Positions 17,201 through 27,020 of a stretch of DNA of 61,519 bases are shown here, in pieces. The notes under the pieces are model-generated. The model did no database searches and was not told the DNA's origin. It was given only the letters and a program-made list of their open reading frames with translations. Each line of letters starts with the position of its first letter. Position 1 is the stretch's first letter. The position numbers were made by a program, and so were the translations under genes. Origin of the DNA: a virus (taxonomy: Duplodnaviria > Caudoviricetes); IMG/VR virus record IMGVR_UViG_3300032213_001563, positions 1 through 61,519 of that record. One strand, 5' to 3'.

Positions 17201-20200
17201 ATCTCTGCAAGGGCTTCGTTGATGCGGATCGCGACGAGGCGCTTCACCTCGTCAGAGTATTCCTCGAAGAAGGATTTCTCCGAAATGCCAGCGGCTTCGG
17301 CAGCCTTCTTGACTTGCCCACGGATCTTGCCGTCAACCATACCGACCATCTTATCAGAGACCCACTCAGCCATCTGCTCAGGGATAGAGATGTCTGGCTC
17401 ACCAGCAGCGAGACGATCCAGCGAGTCCAGTAGGTCAGCCAGAAGTTTGACCTCAGCAGGGCTACCGCCAGCGGCTTTGGTCACTGCTTCGATGATCTTC
17501 TTGAGGAGCGGAGATTTCTTGACGGCATCTTCAGCGGAAGCGTCAGCGTCCTTCTTCAGCTCAGGGAATAAGTCTTTGGCATCTTTAGGCAACTTCTCAC
17601 GGGAACCCTTATCGACCGCGTCTTTGTAAGTCGCCCCCGCTGTTTTAGGGTTGAACAGTTCCTGGGCGAGCTTGGCTGCTGCGAGCATTCGACCGGAGGT
17701 AGAGGCAACGTCTTGAAGGCTGCGCCCTTGAAGCTTGGCTTGATCTTCAAGATCCTGCAATAGGACAAGACCTCCAGGAGTCGGAGTCTTTGCCATCGCA
17801 GTCGTCAAGTCTTGGACCCGGCGGTTGAGTGCTTGGACAATAACAACACGAGCGAGGAATCGCTGCACGTCCGTCAGGTCATACACGCCGCCCGCAACAC
17901 TGGCGTCGAGTGCGCTGAAGTCCGACGCTGAGGAGAGACTAGCTAGCTTGGCACCGATTTGGGCTTCGACTTGTTTAAGGTCAATCTCTTTGGTAGAGCT
18001 GAAGTAGGTGCTCTCCTTCAGGTATTCTGCAACCTTCGTTGGCATTGCTGGCAGTGAGCCTCTCAGAGCTTGCGTCACTTTGAGCACGCCGGTCACTGTG
18101 CCTGGGATGGTGCGAACCGGGGCTAGGCTGTATTTAGTCTCGGCCTCGGGCAGCGAACTCATCATCTCCATGTCAGACTTAGCAACCTGAGCGGCCAGCT
18201 CATTTATGCCGTCGCCGATGACCGGAGGATTCGTCGTGTCAGGATTGCGGCTCACGTTGACCAGCACCGATGCTTCTTCTTGAGCGGCTTTCTGTGCGAA
18301 CTCCGTGCTCTCGGCTGGAGGGAATTGACCGTAAGCGGCGGGCATGACGCCCGGCTGGATCACAACCTGCGGGTTCTCCGCAATGTTGAAGACACGGTCA
18401 AGGCTTTTCTCCAAAGCAGAATCACGTGGCAGATCGGGGAACACCGCTTGATAGAGTTTGCTCAGGATGCGCTGGATGAAGTTAGGGCGTCCTTCGGCAG
18501 CGGCTACGTCAGCACCGACGGAGGGTGGCAGGGTTGCCAGCCATGAACTGAATCGAGTATCCGCCAGGACACCGGCGATGAACTCTTCTGTATCAGCCAA
18601 CTGGTAAGCGAACTCGTCACTTTCAGGAGTTGTCTTGGCGAACTCAGCAGCAGATTTGCGGAGCTTGTCAAGCTCGTCGAATGCTTGCTTGACCGGCTCG
18701 GACACCTTGCCCAGCAGGTAGTTGTTGTACGCGATCGAGGTTACTGCGTGCGAGCTTTCGTGGATCAGGGTTTCAATGATCCATGCTTTCGTCAGCGTTG
18801 ATTGCATCGTGCCTTTGAACTCTGGCTTCACGAAGCTCAGGTTCAGAGAGATGGTGTGCTCATTCGGATCGTAAGCGCCAGAAGGACGGACGATCTGGTT
18901 TCCGTTGACGGCTTGCTTTGCCCCGACGCAGAGCGACAGCCCGCGTAGCGTGGCAACATCCGCATGGGCGGCTAGGTATTCAGCAACCTTGCGGCGAGCT
19001 GGGTCCACGCCTTCCATATTAGCGATAGCGGAAAGAGCGGCCCGCACAGAGGCTGGGTCTCCGTCAACCAATCCGAGTTCTTCCAAGACAAACTTGGTCG
19101 CGTCTTCTTCAGACAGCGGAGTAGTCTCAGGAGTCTTGCCGTCGAAGGCTTCACGAGCGCCGCTACGCATTGCTTGACGCAGCATCTCGGCCTCAGCCAT
19201 GTCATCCCTGGCCTGCTTAGCAGACTTGCCAGTCTTGCGGGCGTAGATGTCAGGGATCTCAGAGTTATTCGGGCGGGCAGGCAGCGCCACAGACAAGCTG
19301 TTCTTGGAACCAACGCCCATCGCGTCGAGGAATGACTCGATATTGAGGATTGCTTTTGTGGCGTTGATGTCGCCGTAAGCTCTCCACCATGTCAAGAATT
19401 GACGGGCGGAAGCTCTCAGGAAGGCGATCGTTCTAGCAAGCGTGCCTGAGGATGCAGACATCATTTCCAGAATGTCTTCTGTCGTATGTCCATTTTCAGA
19501 CACTTGACGCATCATGCGGTAGTAGTCAGCACCAAGCTGCACCATGCCAGCAGCGCCGTCCGGTGTGGAGCTTGACGTGCCGCGTGCAAAGTAAGCCAAG
19601 TAGTTTGGGTCTTCTGGGGTGAGGCCATAGACCTGTCGGATAATCCGATGCCGGGTTTCAGGGCTGAGAGACTCGGCGGTGTCAATGAGTTCGCCGTCGC
19701 TAAAGCGTTGTAGGATCGCAAGGGTTGACGCCTCACGATCAAGCAGCGCGTTGAGGTATGTGGTGATGCCCTGCGCGTCAAGACCACGAGAGCGTAGCGA
19801 CCCGACAAGCTCGGTCAGAGCTTCCTCGTTCACATAGACTGCTGTGTCAGACCTATCACGGCTGACAAAGAGAGGCTGCGAAGGAATGCCAGGACCACCA
19901 GCAACCATCTTGATCTCACGTCCAGTCTTGACTTTAGCGGCACGGAGGAACGGAGCGAAGTCAAGAGGCTTCTTGACACCGTCTTCCGCGACCTCAACTA
20001 CGGATTCAGCAAGCGGGGTTGCTTCTTCAACCGGGACGTCGGACTCAGGAAGCAAGCCGATGTTAGTCTCAGCGATGCCTTCAGGGTCCGCAGCGGCAGA
20101 GTCGTCGCCAAGCAAGCGAGCCTCTACGGTATTGGTCGAAGCTGGGGAGTTAGCTAGATCGACGGCTTCACGAACCTTGGCAACGTGGCTGACTTCCTTG

Positions 20201-23200
20201 ACCCCAGCGGTGCGAGATTTAGGGAATGCAATCTCTGGGTTGTTCAAGACAGCCTTCAGCAAATCAAGGAAACGCTTCCCTTGGTTAGGGCTGTTGACCA
20301 TCAGACTACCAGCGGCCATAAGACCAGCGTGCAAGCTAGATCCGCGCTTAGTAGGCTTGCCAGTAAGCAGCTCACCAATGGTGCTCCAGAAACGGCTCCA
20401 CAAAGAGACCAGCTTCGGAACCTTGATGCCAGTCTTATGCGTCCGCAACATCTCGCCAAACTCGGGAGATGTCAGCATTGCTTGGACGAATGAAGGGGTG
20501 TCCTTGAGGGCGTCGGTGAATCGAGCCTCCATCCCGCCAGGGCGTGTGGATCGCTCCACGAGGACAGCTTCTTGACGAAGCTCGTCAAGAGTTGCCAAAG
20601 CTTTGCTCTGGGTTGCATTGAGGAGCTTGCCAGGAGTAGTCAGCTCTGAGGTAGCGTGGGTCAAAAGCCCACGTAGCAGGGCTTCAGGGCCGCGAGGAGT
20701 TCCGTCAAGAGTTGGCGTCATAGCCGCCACGTTGAGGACCAACTGAGAGTTACTGACGAAGACGTCGGAGCTGAGAGCGGGGTCTTCAATAACTTGCACT
20801 CCTTCGAGGCCATCTAGGAGACCTGGATTCTCGTTAAAGATCCGAGCAAGCGCCTTGAAGTGTGGGCTGCCGCTGTTCTCTTTGTTGACCAACTGACGAA
20901 TCGCCGCCGCAACCGTCGCCATATCGGACTCTTGGTTGAGACCGATCGCGGAAAGCTGGCCACGATAGCCAGCTTGATCTGCTGTGGTGTTGGAGGGCGT
21001 TGCAGTAAGTTGGACCATGGCAAGCCCTGCGTTGACCGCCTTGGTCGGAGATGGAGAAGCCATCCGAGTTTGCGTAGCCTTTGCTTTAGCCTCCGCCGAT
21101 TTCACCGCGTCATCGACTTTCTTTTTAGCCGCCTCCCTTACAGCAGGAGGAACTGTCTGAGTTATCGGAGAAGCTGGCTTCAGGCTCTTTAGCTGTGTCC
21201 TTGCGTCGGCGAGTGACTCACTAGCCTCTTTAATGGCCATGTTGATGCGACTCAACCGTGAGTTTAGCTCGTTGGCCTGCTTCTGGATTTCGGGGGTTAC
21301 GGGGGTTTCGCGGGTAGGTCTGATTTCGGCAAGCCTATCCTTGGCTATAGCTGCCTCGTTTTCTAGGCGAGAAATCTCTTGTTCGAGGCGGGCCACCGTG
21401 CCCGCAGCCGCCATAACAATCGCTTCCTGTGTCACCTGAGCTTCTAGCTCTCTGGCTTTAGCAACTTCTGTAGAAGTTGCTGTTCTGCCGCGCACGCGAA
21501 CTTGAGGCGTGATGTCACTGGTTAGCCGCGCCAGTACAGCAAAGACTTCTTTGATTGAGCCCCGTGCAGAGTCAGAATTAAGGCCCAGGTTTTCTGACGC
21601 CTGCTTAATGATTCTTGCGGCAGCACTGGAGTCGCTAACCTTGACGACGGCCGCAATATAAGCCAAGTCCATTGTCTTGAGCTGCTCGTCAGTAAATCTG
21701 CGAGCGCCAACACGGGTGGTCAATTTGCTGAGGGCATCACGACCAAGCTTTGCAAAGTCGAGGAAGAAGCGAGCCACATTGGGCATCGCGCTGATTCGCT
21801 CAACAAGGGTTTTGTCTTTGAGCAAGTTAGTTAGGCCGCGTCGCTCGTCTTTGTTAAGGGCGGGGCCGTGTTCATAAATTAGCTCACCGTCAACCCCCAC
21901 CTTGAACTTGAGGTTACGCTGGAAGTCAGCCAAAGCTTGACGAGCTTGCAGTGGCTTACCTGTGAGGGTGAGAAGACTTACTTCATCCGGCGTCCCGTCG
22001 TTCAACTCTTGGAGGGCGGCACCTAAAGCGGCAACCTCCTCTTCGGTAAGAGGAGTGTCTCCGGCGGCTTGTTGGTCGATGCTCATATCGACCTTGCCGA
22101 AGTTTTGCTGAATGACGTCTTTACCCAATTCAGCAGATTCACGATCTGCCGTGCTGAGAGGATCATCGAGCGATCCAGTGATAATAGTCCGGCGAGTCTG
22201 CTCGGCACCCGTAAAGTCTTTGAGCACGTCCCTAACTGTGATCTGGAGCGGAATCAGCTTGTTGGAGACTTCCTCAGGAGAAAGCTCAGGGTTATCCTTG
22301 AGTAACTGGCGGACCTTTACAGTGGCTGCATTTACCACCGCGCCTTCGATAAGCGTTACCCTGTCTTTAAGAGCTTCTGGGTAAAGCCCGGTGTTAAGGA
22401 ATCGGCCAATTATGGTGACGTATGCAGGGTCGCCCTGACGAGAGATACCAAGGTACTCTTGGAGCAGGACATCCTCGCCAGGAATGGACTCCGGCGCGTG
22501 CTTCTCTACGTACTCAGGCGTGCCAATGAACGGAAGCTGCGGGTTCGCCGTCTTAGACATAGCCATGATCTGGTCGATAAGCTCAGCTCGATCGGCTTTA
22601 AACTCGGCGATAGCCTCGATGGATAGCTCCCGACCGCCAGACACACCAGCGGCGATAATGTTTGACGTCGTGCGTAGCTCTTCACGTAGCTGGTCAATAG
22701 TCTTGCCTGTCTTGGCAGCTATCTTTTCCCCTGTGCGTAGAAGGCGATCTAAGCGAGACTGGCGTTTGGGGCTATTCTTATAGAGCGTAGTCCATTCCCC
22801 GGCCTTGGTAATTTTTGCATCACCGCGTGTCTTATCATAAGCGCCCGTGACGACGCCATTGGCATCGACCTCAATCCCCGGAGCAATCTTAGATCTCGAC
22901 AAAGTAGGTGGAACGGTAACTTCCCAGCCCGCATTGATCTGCTTAGCCGTGATGATCGGATCGTTGGTGAAGAACCCGACTCGTTTGCCGTTGACATCTT
23001 TGTAGGGAACCGGCCCTCCCTGGCTCTTAGTGTACTCTGCGGATGGAGAGAGTGGCTTCATCTGCGAGCCATAAGTTGACCCGGTGAGCTCTCCATCAGG
23101 ACTACCTTCCTCTGGTGGATACGTCTCTTTCCAAGCACGGTTAAGATCCTCCATGATCTCTTTGAGCGCAGGGTCATTATTCGACACGCCTCTCGTGGTC

Positions 23201-25968
23201 TGCGCCTTAATGAAGGAACTGATCTCGGTGCTGCTAGGCATGACGCCGTCTCTGAGCGCGTCCTCTTTGACGAGGGCTGCTGCTTTCAACTGATCGGGAG
23301 TCAGCGTTTTGAGCGCGCTGGCTTTACCCTGACGAGCCCCTGATGGAGTTCTCGCTTGAGTTTGTCCTGCTCCTTGCTGTTTAGCGGGCTGCCCTTGGAC
23401 AGGAGGAACGCTACTTGTTGGCGGCTCTTTTGCTTGGGTGTCATCGGATTCGGGGGTTCGGGGTTTCGGGGGTGCTGGCTTCGCCATCGCTAGTGGAGCT
23501 TCAGGCAAAGGCGCTGGAGCTACCGTGGTGCCCACGCCTCCCGGCGTTGGCTGTGGCCCTTCGGTAGCGTCCGTCGGTTCCGCTGGCGTAGGCACAGCGG
23601 GAGATTCTTGGGTAGGCGTAATGGCGGGGGCTTCGGCTTCTGGAGTAGCAGCGGGAGCGGGGGCCGTAGCGACAGGCTTCGGCGCAGGCGCGGCAGTGGA
23701 GACTGGCGCAGGAACCTCTGGAGTAGCAATGGGAGTAGGGGCTGGTGCCTCAGCTTCTGGAGTAGCAACAGGAGCAGGAGCCGGTGTAGGAGCAGGAGTA
23801 GCAACAGGAGCGGGAGTAGCGACGGGAGCTTCGCCCGCTTCAGCAAAAGGATCGGCAGCTTCAATGACAGGAGCGGATACTTCGGGCTCGGCCACCGGAA
23901 CCATTGCGTCAGGGTTCGCAGCGATCGCGGCGCGTAGCCCGTCAAGACGTTGCTGCATTTCCTGTAGTTCAACACCCTCACCAAAACTACTTGTTCTAGG
24001 AGTAGCATTGATCTTAGCTTCGAGCTCGCGAGCAACCACGGTTGCTTGCTGATAGGCTGGCTGTTGACCCAGGGCGGCTTCGGCGGCGCGCTGTGCTTCG
24101 GCGGCTTTCCTATCTAGATCTTCCTGGGTGATCGTGCTGATCTGTGCGTTAGCCTGTTCGCGAAGAACCGCTGCCGTGCTCGGAGCCCCAGCGGCTTCTA
24201 GTGAGTTGGCGGCGTCAAGTTGTTGTTGGACGACGGGGTTCTTCTTCGCCTCTTGACGGGCGGTGTACGCGTCCATCAATGAGTATGGCAATCTCATGCC
24301 TGCTCCTAGCAGTCCGCCAGCGGCGGCGGATTTCATCGTCTCAGTGACAATCTCTTCGACCGGCTTGCTTGGGTCGATAGCTACCTTGTCAACGACTTGG
24401 TTGATGAGCTCGTCAAGACCCTCTTCTGGGATTTCAGACAACGCTTCTTTGCCCAGGGATCTGCTGAAGAAAACAAACAGTCCGTCCTTAGCAACCTGAG
24501 CAGCTCTGCTGGCTTGAGGAGCCGCAAGGATTTCACCACCTGTTGCGCCAAATAGAGCGGTGAGGACCGCTGTGGTAGCGCCAGAGATAAGACCACGAGC
24601 TCTAGCCCCATCACGCGCTCTACGACGAGCTGCTTCAACAGCTTCTGGGGTCTGTTTATCGGCGGGGATCATGGAGAGTTCGTCTTTCAGGAACTCGTCA
24701 AAGTATTGATTAAACGCACCGCCTGCGCTTTGAAGACCGCCTGCAGCCGAAGCGGCGGCAACACCACCGGCTTTGGAGATAGCTGCTTGACGCGCCGTGA
24801 TCTTCGCGGCTGCTTCACCAGCAGCTTTCAAAGTCGCAGCTTCGGCAAGCGCCCCGGCACCGATACGGCCAGCCGTCGCAGCGGCAGCCGTGCGGCCAGC
24901 CGCACCAGCGGCAAGGCGTCCAGCCGCGACTAACCCACGACCAGCCGCACCAGCGGGGGCAGTCGCAAGAGAAGTGAACACCATAGAAGCCGCATCGGCT
25001 GCCAGAGTCGCTCCTCCGACTGCTTTAATGCCTGCGGCTAGATCTTGGCTCATCCTCCCAACGGTCTCGGCATTAGCATCGGTTTCTGCATCTTCCCAAC
25101 CAAGGAAGCGTTTAGCCCCGTAGTAAGCGCCGACCACCTCGCTAGCTCCGAGCAGCCCGCCTAGCTTTAGCTGAGTCCCAAGGTTAGAATACCACGACCC
25201 ATTCTCTTTTTGCCAACGCTCCATGATGTCAGCGTCGGTTAGGTTAGGCTCTCCTTCGCGGGCGTCTTTTTCAAACGCACGGAATTTGTCCATGCCCCCT
25301 AACCACCTGTCTTCAAAAGTCTGATCGACGGCGTCAATCTGAGACCTAAGAGTAGTGCCAACATCCTCACGGAGCCTGCGGCCCTTAACCAGAGTATCAA
25401 TCTTTTGCTCCTCGGTTAGGTTAGACTTAATGACGGACTCACGAAAGCGTGCTTTGTCAAGAGCTAGGGATGGGCTCGCGTAGAAGTTACCGTTCGCCAC
25501 ATGGAACTCGCGATCGTCATTGGCTACTTCTTCGACCGCTTTGAGGTCATCCTCATCAGCGACGGACACGGTCTCGTTGAGCTTTTCTAGTTCATCCCGC
25601 TCTTCAGGAGCCAGAAGCGCAACACCAGTACCGCCAAACTTACCCGCTTTTGATTCAAGCTCCTTCTTACGAGAAGCCAAGATAAGGCGATCCTGAGCTG
25701 CTTTGGGCTTTTCAGCGGCGGCTTCTTCGCCTGCCATGGCCACCGGAGAATCTCCGCGTAGCTCTGCAGCTTTGGTTTTGGAGAACTTCTGGAACCAGTC
25801 CCAGCTATCGTTGTCAAGGTTGTCGGTATCTTCGAGCGCCGCAGAACGATAGTCAGCCTGCCAATTATTGAACACGTCCTGACGCTGGGCTTTGTCAAGC
25901 GTTTGGAAAGCTTCGTTGGACTCAATCGTGCTCCAGTTAGGGAAATCAGAAAAAGATTTGGCGGGCAT
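14275..25968 (-). CDS. Giant (3897 aa) internal virion / DNA-ejection polyvalent protein with zincin domain
   Basis: Last of three ejection-type genes; Gly/Ala-rich hydrophobic N-terminal region, Pro/Ala linker, LIHESSH motif, C-terminal WAPYTLKMGDAYISWKDIP resembling podovirus internal virion protein tails. Confidence 0.75.
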   Translation of the reverse strand: MPAKSFSDFPNWSTIESNEAFQTLDKAQRQDVFNNWQADYRSAALEDTDNLDNDSWDWFQKFSKTKAAELRGDSPVAMAGEEAAAEKPKAAQDRLILASRKKELESKAGKFGGTGVALLAPEERDELEKLNETVSVADEDDLKAVEEVANDDREFHVANGNFYASPSLALDKARFRESVIKSNLTEEQKIDTLVKGRRLREDVGTTLRSQIDAVDQTFEDRWLGGMDKFRAFEKDAREGEPNLTDADIMERWQKENGSWYSNLGTQLKLGGLLGASEVVGAYYGAKRFLGWEDAETDANAETVGRMSQDLAAGIKAVGGATLAADAASMVFTSLATAPAGAAGRGLVAAGRLAAGAAGRTAAAATAGRIGAGALAEAATLKAAGEAAAKITARQAAISKAGGVAAASAAGGLQSAGGAFNQYFDEFLKDELSMIPADKQTPEAVEAARRRARDGARARGLISGATTAVLTALFGATGGEILAAPQASRAAQVAKDGLFVFFSRSLGKEALSEIPEEGLDELINQVVDKVAIDPSKPVEEIVTETMKSAAAGGLLGAGMRLPYSLMDAYTARQEAKKNPVVQQQLDAANSLEAAGAPSTAAVLREQANAQISTITQEDLDRKAAEAQRAAEAALGQQPAYQQATVVARELEAKINATPRTSSFGEGVELQEMQQRLDGLRAAIAANPDAMVPVAEPEVSAPVIEAADPFAEAGEAPVATPAPVATPAPTPAPAPVATPEAEAPAPTPIATPEVPAPVSTAAPAPKPVATAPAPAATPEAEAPAITPTQESPAVPTPAEPTDATEGPQPTPGGVGTTVAPAPLPEAPLAMAKPAPPKPRTPESDDTQAKEPPTSSVPPVQGQPAKQQGAGQTQARTPSGARQGKASALKTLTPDQLKAAALVKEDALRDGVMPSSTEISSFIKAQTTRGVSNNDPALKEIMEDLNRAWKETYPPEEGSPDGELTGSTYGSQMKPLSPSAEYTKSQGGPVPYKDVNGKRVGFFTNDPIITAKQINAGWEVTVPPTLSRSKIAPGIEVDANGVVTGAYDKTRGDAKITKAGEWTTLYKNSPKRQSRLDRLLRTGEKIAAKTGKTIDQLREELRTTSNIIAAGVSGGRELSIEAIAEFKADRAELIDQIMAMSKTANPQLPFIGTPEYVEKHAPESIPGEDVLLQEYLGISRQGDPAYVTIIGRFLNTGLYPEALKDRVTLIEGAVVNAATVKVRQLLKDNPELSPEEVSNKLIPLQITVRDVLKDFTGAEQTRRTIITGSLDDPLSTADRESAELGKDVIQQNFGKVDMSIDQQAAGDTPLTEEEVAALGAALQELNDGTPDEVSLLTLTGKPLQARQALADFQRNLKFKVGVDGELIYEHGPALNKDERRGLTNLLKDKTLVERISAMPNVARFFLDFAKLGRDALSKLTTRVGARRFTDEQLKTMDLAYIAAVVKVSDSSAAARIIKQASENLGLNSDSARGSIKEVFAVLARLTSDITPQVRVRGRTATSTEVAKARELEAQVTQEAIVMAAAGTVARLEQEISRLENEAAIAKDRLAEIRPTRETPVTPEIQKQANELNSRLSRINMAIKEASESLADARTQLKSLKPASPITQTVPPAVREAAKKKVDDAVKSAEAKAKATQTRMASPSPTKAVNAGLAMVQLTATPSNTTADQAGYRGQLSAIGLNQESDMATVAAAIRQLVNKENSGSPHFKALARIFNENPGLLDGLEGVQVIEDPALSSDVFVSNSQLVLNVAAMTPTLDGTPRGPEALLRGLLTHATSELTTPGKLLNATQSKALATLDELRQEAVLVERSTRPGGMEARFTDALKDTPSFVQAMLTSPEFGEMLRTHKTGIKVPKLVSLWSRFWSTIGELLTGKPTKRGSSLHAGLMAAGSLMVNSPNQGKRFLDLLKAVLNNPEIAFPKSRTAGVKEVSHVAKVREAVDLANSPASTNTVEARLLGDDSAAADPEGIAETNIGLLPESDVPVEEATPLAESVVEVAEDGVKKPLDFAPFLRAAKVKTGREIKMVAGGPGIPSQPLFVSRDRSDTAVYVNEEALTELVGSLRSRGLDAQGITTYLNALLDREASTLAILQRFSDGELIDTAESLSPETRHRIIRQVYGLTPEDPNYLAYFARGTSSSTPDGAAGMVQLGADYYRMMRQVSENGHTTEDILEMMSASSGTLARTIAFLRASARQFLTWWRAYGDINATKAILNIESFLDAMGVGSKNSLSVALPARPNNSEIPDIYARKTGKSAKQARDDMAEAEMLRQAMRSGAREAFDGKTPETTPLSEEDATKFVLEELGLVDGDPASVRAALSAIANMEGVDPARRKVAEYLAAHADVATLRGLSLCVGAKQAVNGNQIVRPSGAYDPNEHTISLNLSFVKPEFKGTMQSTLTKAWIIETLIHESSHAVTSIAYNNYLLGKVSEPVKQAFDELDKLRKSAAEFAKTTPESDEFAYQLADTEEFIAGVLADTRFSSWLATLPPSVGADVAAAEGRPNFIQRILSKLYQAVFPDLPRDSALEKSLDRVFNIAENPQVVIQPGVMPAAYGQFPPAESTEFAQKAAQEEASVLVNVSRNPDTTNPPVIGDGINELAAQVAKSDMEMMSSLPEAETKYSLAPVRTIPGTVTGVLKVTQALRGSLPAMPTKVAEYLKESTYFSSTKEIDLKQVEAQIGAKLASLSSASDFSALDASVAGGVYDLTDVQRFLARVVIVQALNRRVQDLTTAMAKTPTPGGLVLLQDLEDQAKLQGRSLQDVASTSGRMLAAAKLAQELFNPKTAGATYKDAVDKGSREKLPKDAKDLFPELKKDADASAEDAVKKSPLLKKIIEAVTKAAGGSPAEVKLLADLLDSLDRLAAGEPDISIPEQMAEWVSDKMVGMVDGKIRGQVKKAAEAAGISEKSFFEEYSDEVKRLVAIRINEALAEIEPPSPELTPAQQEAAKKEALKRSIRELAASITEFAPSVEDALNKSKAKLLASLAAPKDASPEALKQYEAAKAAIEAMEFDLVPLSMAANIVRKSIDMREQIYLSITERNATVANLAGMISSTAGLNEEQSRKVAEAFKTAYEAELNRRIQRTLVSYARSRSDFAERDNTKRFSRSEKFLRLARLGGLRQEEFYNAMAVEFGLPSYDPVIADELDREANRIMSMPLGSVQRNDAVQELNARVVSELHKSLIAAYGFKSLVKSGTLRSTYLAAIPVAMWKSGVLSGFGTAEVNAGYGMVQTLMDLGFNSVAYAVKAKDPRLAASNLLTMMKAATWVLDPVARPEVWNEMNRAARTGRSRFASEASESLLILERDIPVIDLPFIKSLMTAKKNFYKLLGRIGAVIDATVSVPSSIARQRLAINYVLTMNGADQATMKKIMRESFTPDEAAAREIEMILASEREQFRNSPRPDLAMKSRRAQLLEQRRERLYNELAIDLDATAKENFMDASRESARFANLSNNPTGLSGWLFDGILGWVERKTGGLSSVVVSFTRSMGNLMDFSLALSFPLGLVSFGRAFNASPSSWFFSEDNNYRRARVESGSINQYKLLAQGFFALATQLTLGAFYKAGLEDEMEGRVPWLMVYGKGYPDSERNRQLRYRQPRWAPYTLKMGDAYISWKDIPGFNLFFGALAALTDDRMVSSQKDPTKIRALESSINASVAFIKAVTVKNSLQGLAQVGEILSDNPQAEATSARNLVDMGVNFVAGATNPRLVGNVASMASGLLDGGEYALPDTRHSLDARGLATALISTLPANEFYGESLGRPNMVNSMGRPVTNFWYAPMTKRILPMTADDGYDPVMTPLVSAGLFLSPPKGSDMRFKTYVKGSDEIDEEGGLLSSFPPEVEIDALRLFGEQVTMMLPPDTIKALTDLAAEGNEGREAAQKEVKKISEDAKEYVQSVIQERIYAREIAPHWEEK

Positions 25969-26006
25969 ATCCGGGGACTATGCACGCCTAACGACAACCA
26001 TCAAGG

Positions 26007-27008
26007 TTATTCCTTTCTTGCTGGCGCGCCCCCGGTTCCCCCGAGGCGCAGGCTCTTAATGTAGTCTGCGACTTCATCGACGGGGTTCACGCTACCAGAA
26101 TAGAGGCGGTCGCGTTCCGCTTCTAACTTAGTCCTTTCTTCTTTGGAGAGAGTCCTGCTCTCCAGTCGCTCGTTAATAGACCTTAGTTGAGCGTTCATCC
26201 TAGCCGTTGGGGTAGCCTGTTGTTCTAGCATACCAAGCTTGGCGTCAGTGTAGTCCCCAAACTTGCCACCATCCTTTTTCTTGAGAGCCCCAATTTCTTC
26301 AGGGGTGACGCCGAATCCCAAAAGTTTCTTCTTGCGCAAGCCCTGAGCTCTCTTGCGAGTAATGTCTTCGGTAAGCTTGGCCAAGCCTGCTGGAACCTTA
26401 GACGGATTTGCTTCACGCTCTTTACGGATCGCCTCAAATTGAGGGTTAAACTCAGCCATAAACTGGTCGTCTTCTAGCTCGTCAGCAGCTTTCAATGCGA
26501 GACGCTCGGTATCCTCCAGATTTCTGCGGGCGGCGGCGCGCTCTTCGCTGTCAATCTGATCTTGTCTCCGCCGCTGCTCTTCCTCTAGGTTTAGTTTATC
26601 ACGAGCGGCTTGCTCACTCGTACGGATTTGCTCGCTACGGGCACCGCCAGCGAGGTCCAGGAATGACCGAACCTGCTGAGAAGCAAGGGCATTAGCCGCT
26701 CCAGGTTCCGCCATGATGCGGCTGAGGTTGGTAAAGTAGTCTGGTTTGGTAGGGTCAAGCTGCGTCAAGCGCGGCATGAGGGCTGCGGCAGCAGCTTCTT
26801 CGGCTTTACGGCGAGCCTCCGCGTCACGAGCGCGCAGGTTTTGCTCTTCATTCAAAAGCAATCCTTGCTCTTGCCCTGCCAACGACAACGCGTTCTTGCG
26901 AGTCTCCGAAGCAGCACGGTAGAACTCGGGCACAACAACACCTGCCGCACGCGACGTGAGGTAGGTGGGCTGCGGGGTTGCGGGGTTGAGCCAGTCAGCG
27001 ATTGCCAT
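26007..27008 (-). CDS. Putative internal virion (ejection) protein, coiled-coil
   Basis: Helical E/R/A-rich, upstream of the giant protein. Confidence 0.55.
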   Translation of the reverse strand: MAIADWLNPATPQPTYLTSRAAGVVVPEFYRAASETRKNALSLAGQEQGLLLNEEQNLRARDAEARRKAEEAAAAALMPRLTQLDPTKPDYFTNLSRIMAEPGAANALASQQVRSFLDLAGGARSEQIRTSEQAARDKLNLEEEQRRRQDQIDSEERAAARRNLEDTERLALKAADELEDDQFMAEFNPQFEAIRKEREANPSKVPAGLAKLTEDITRKRAQGLRKKKLLGFGVTPEEIGALKKKDGGKFGDYTDAKLGMLEQQATPTARMNAQLRSINERLESRTLSKEERTKLEAERDRLYSGSVNPVDEVADYIKSLRLGGTGGAPARKE

Positions 27009-27020
27009 AGGAAGGGAAAA

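Noticed and set aside
14275-25968. Giant protein as an N4-like or crAss-like virion RNA polymerase
   Set aside because: Size fits, but I found no DxDGD or single-subunit polymerase motif by eye; not excluded without structure search
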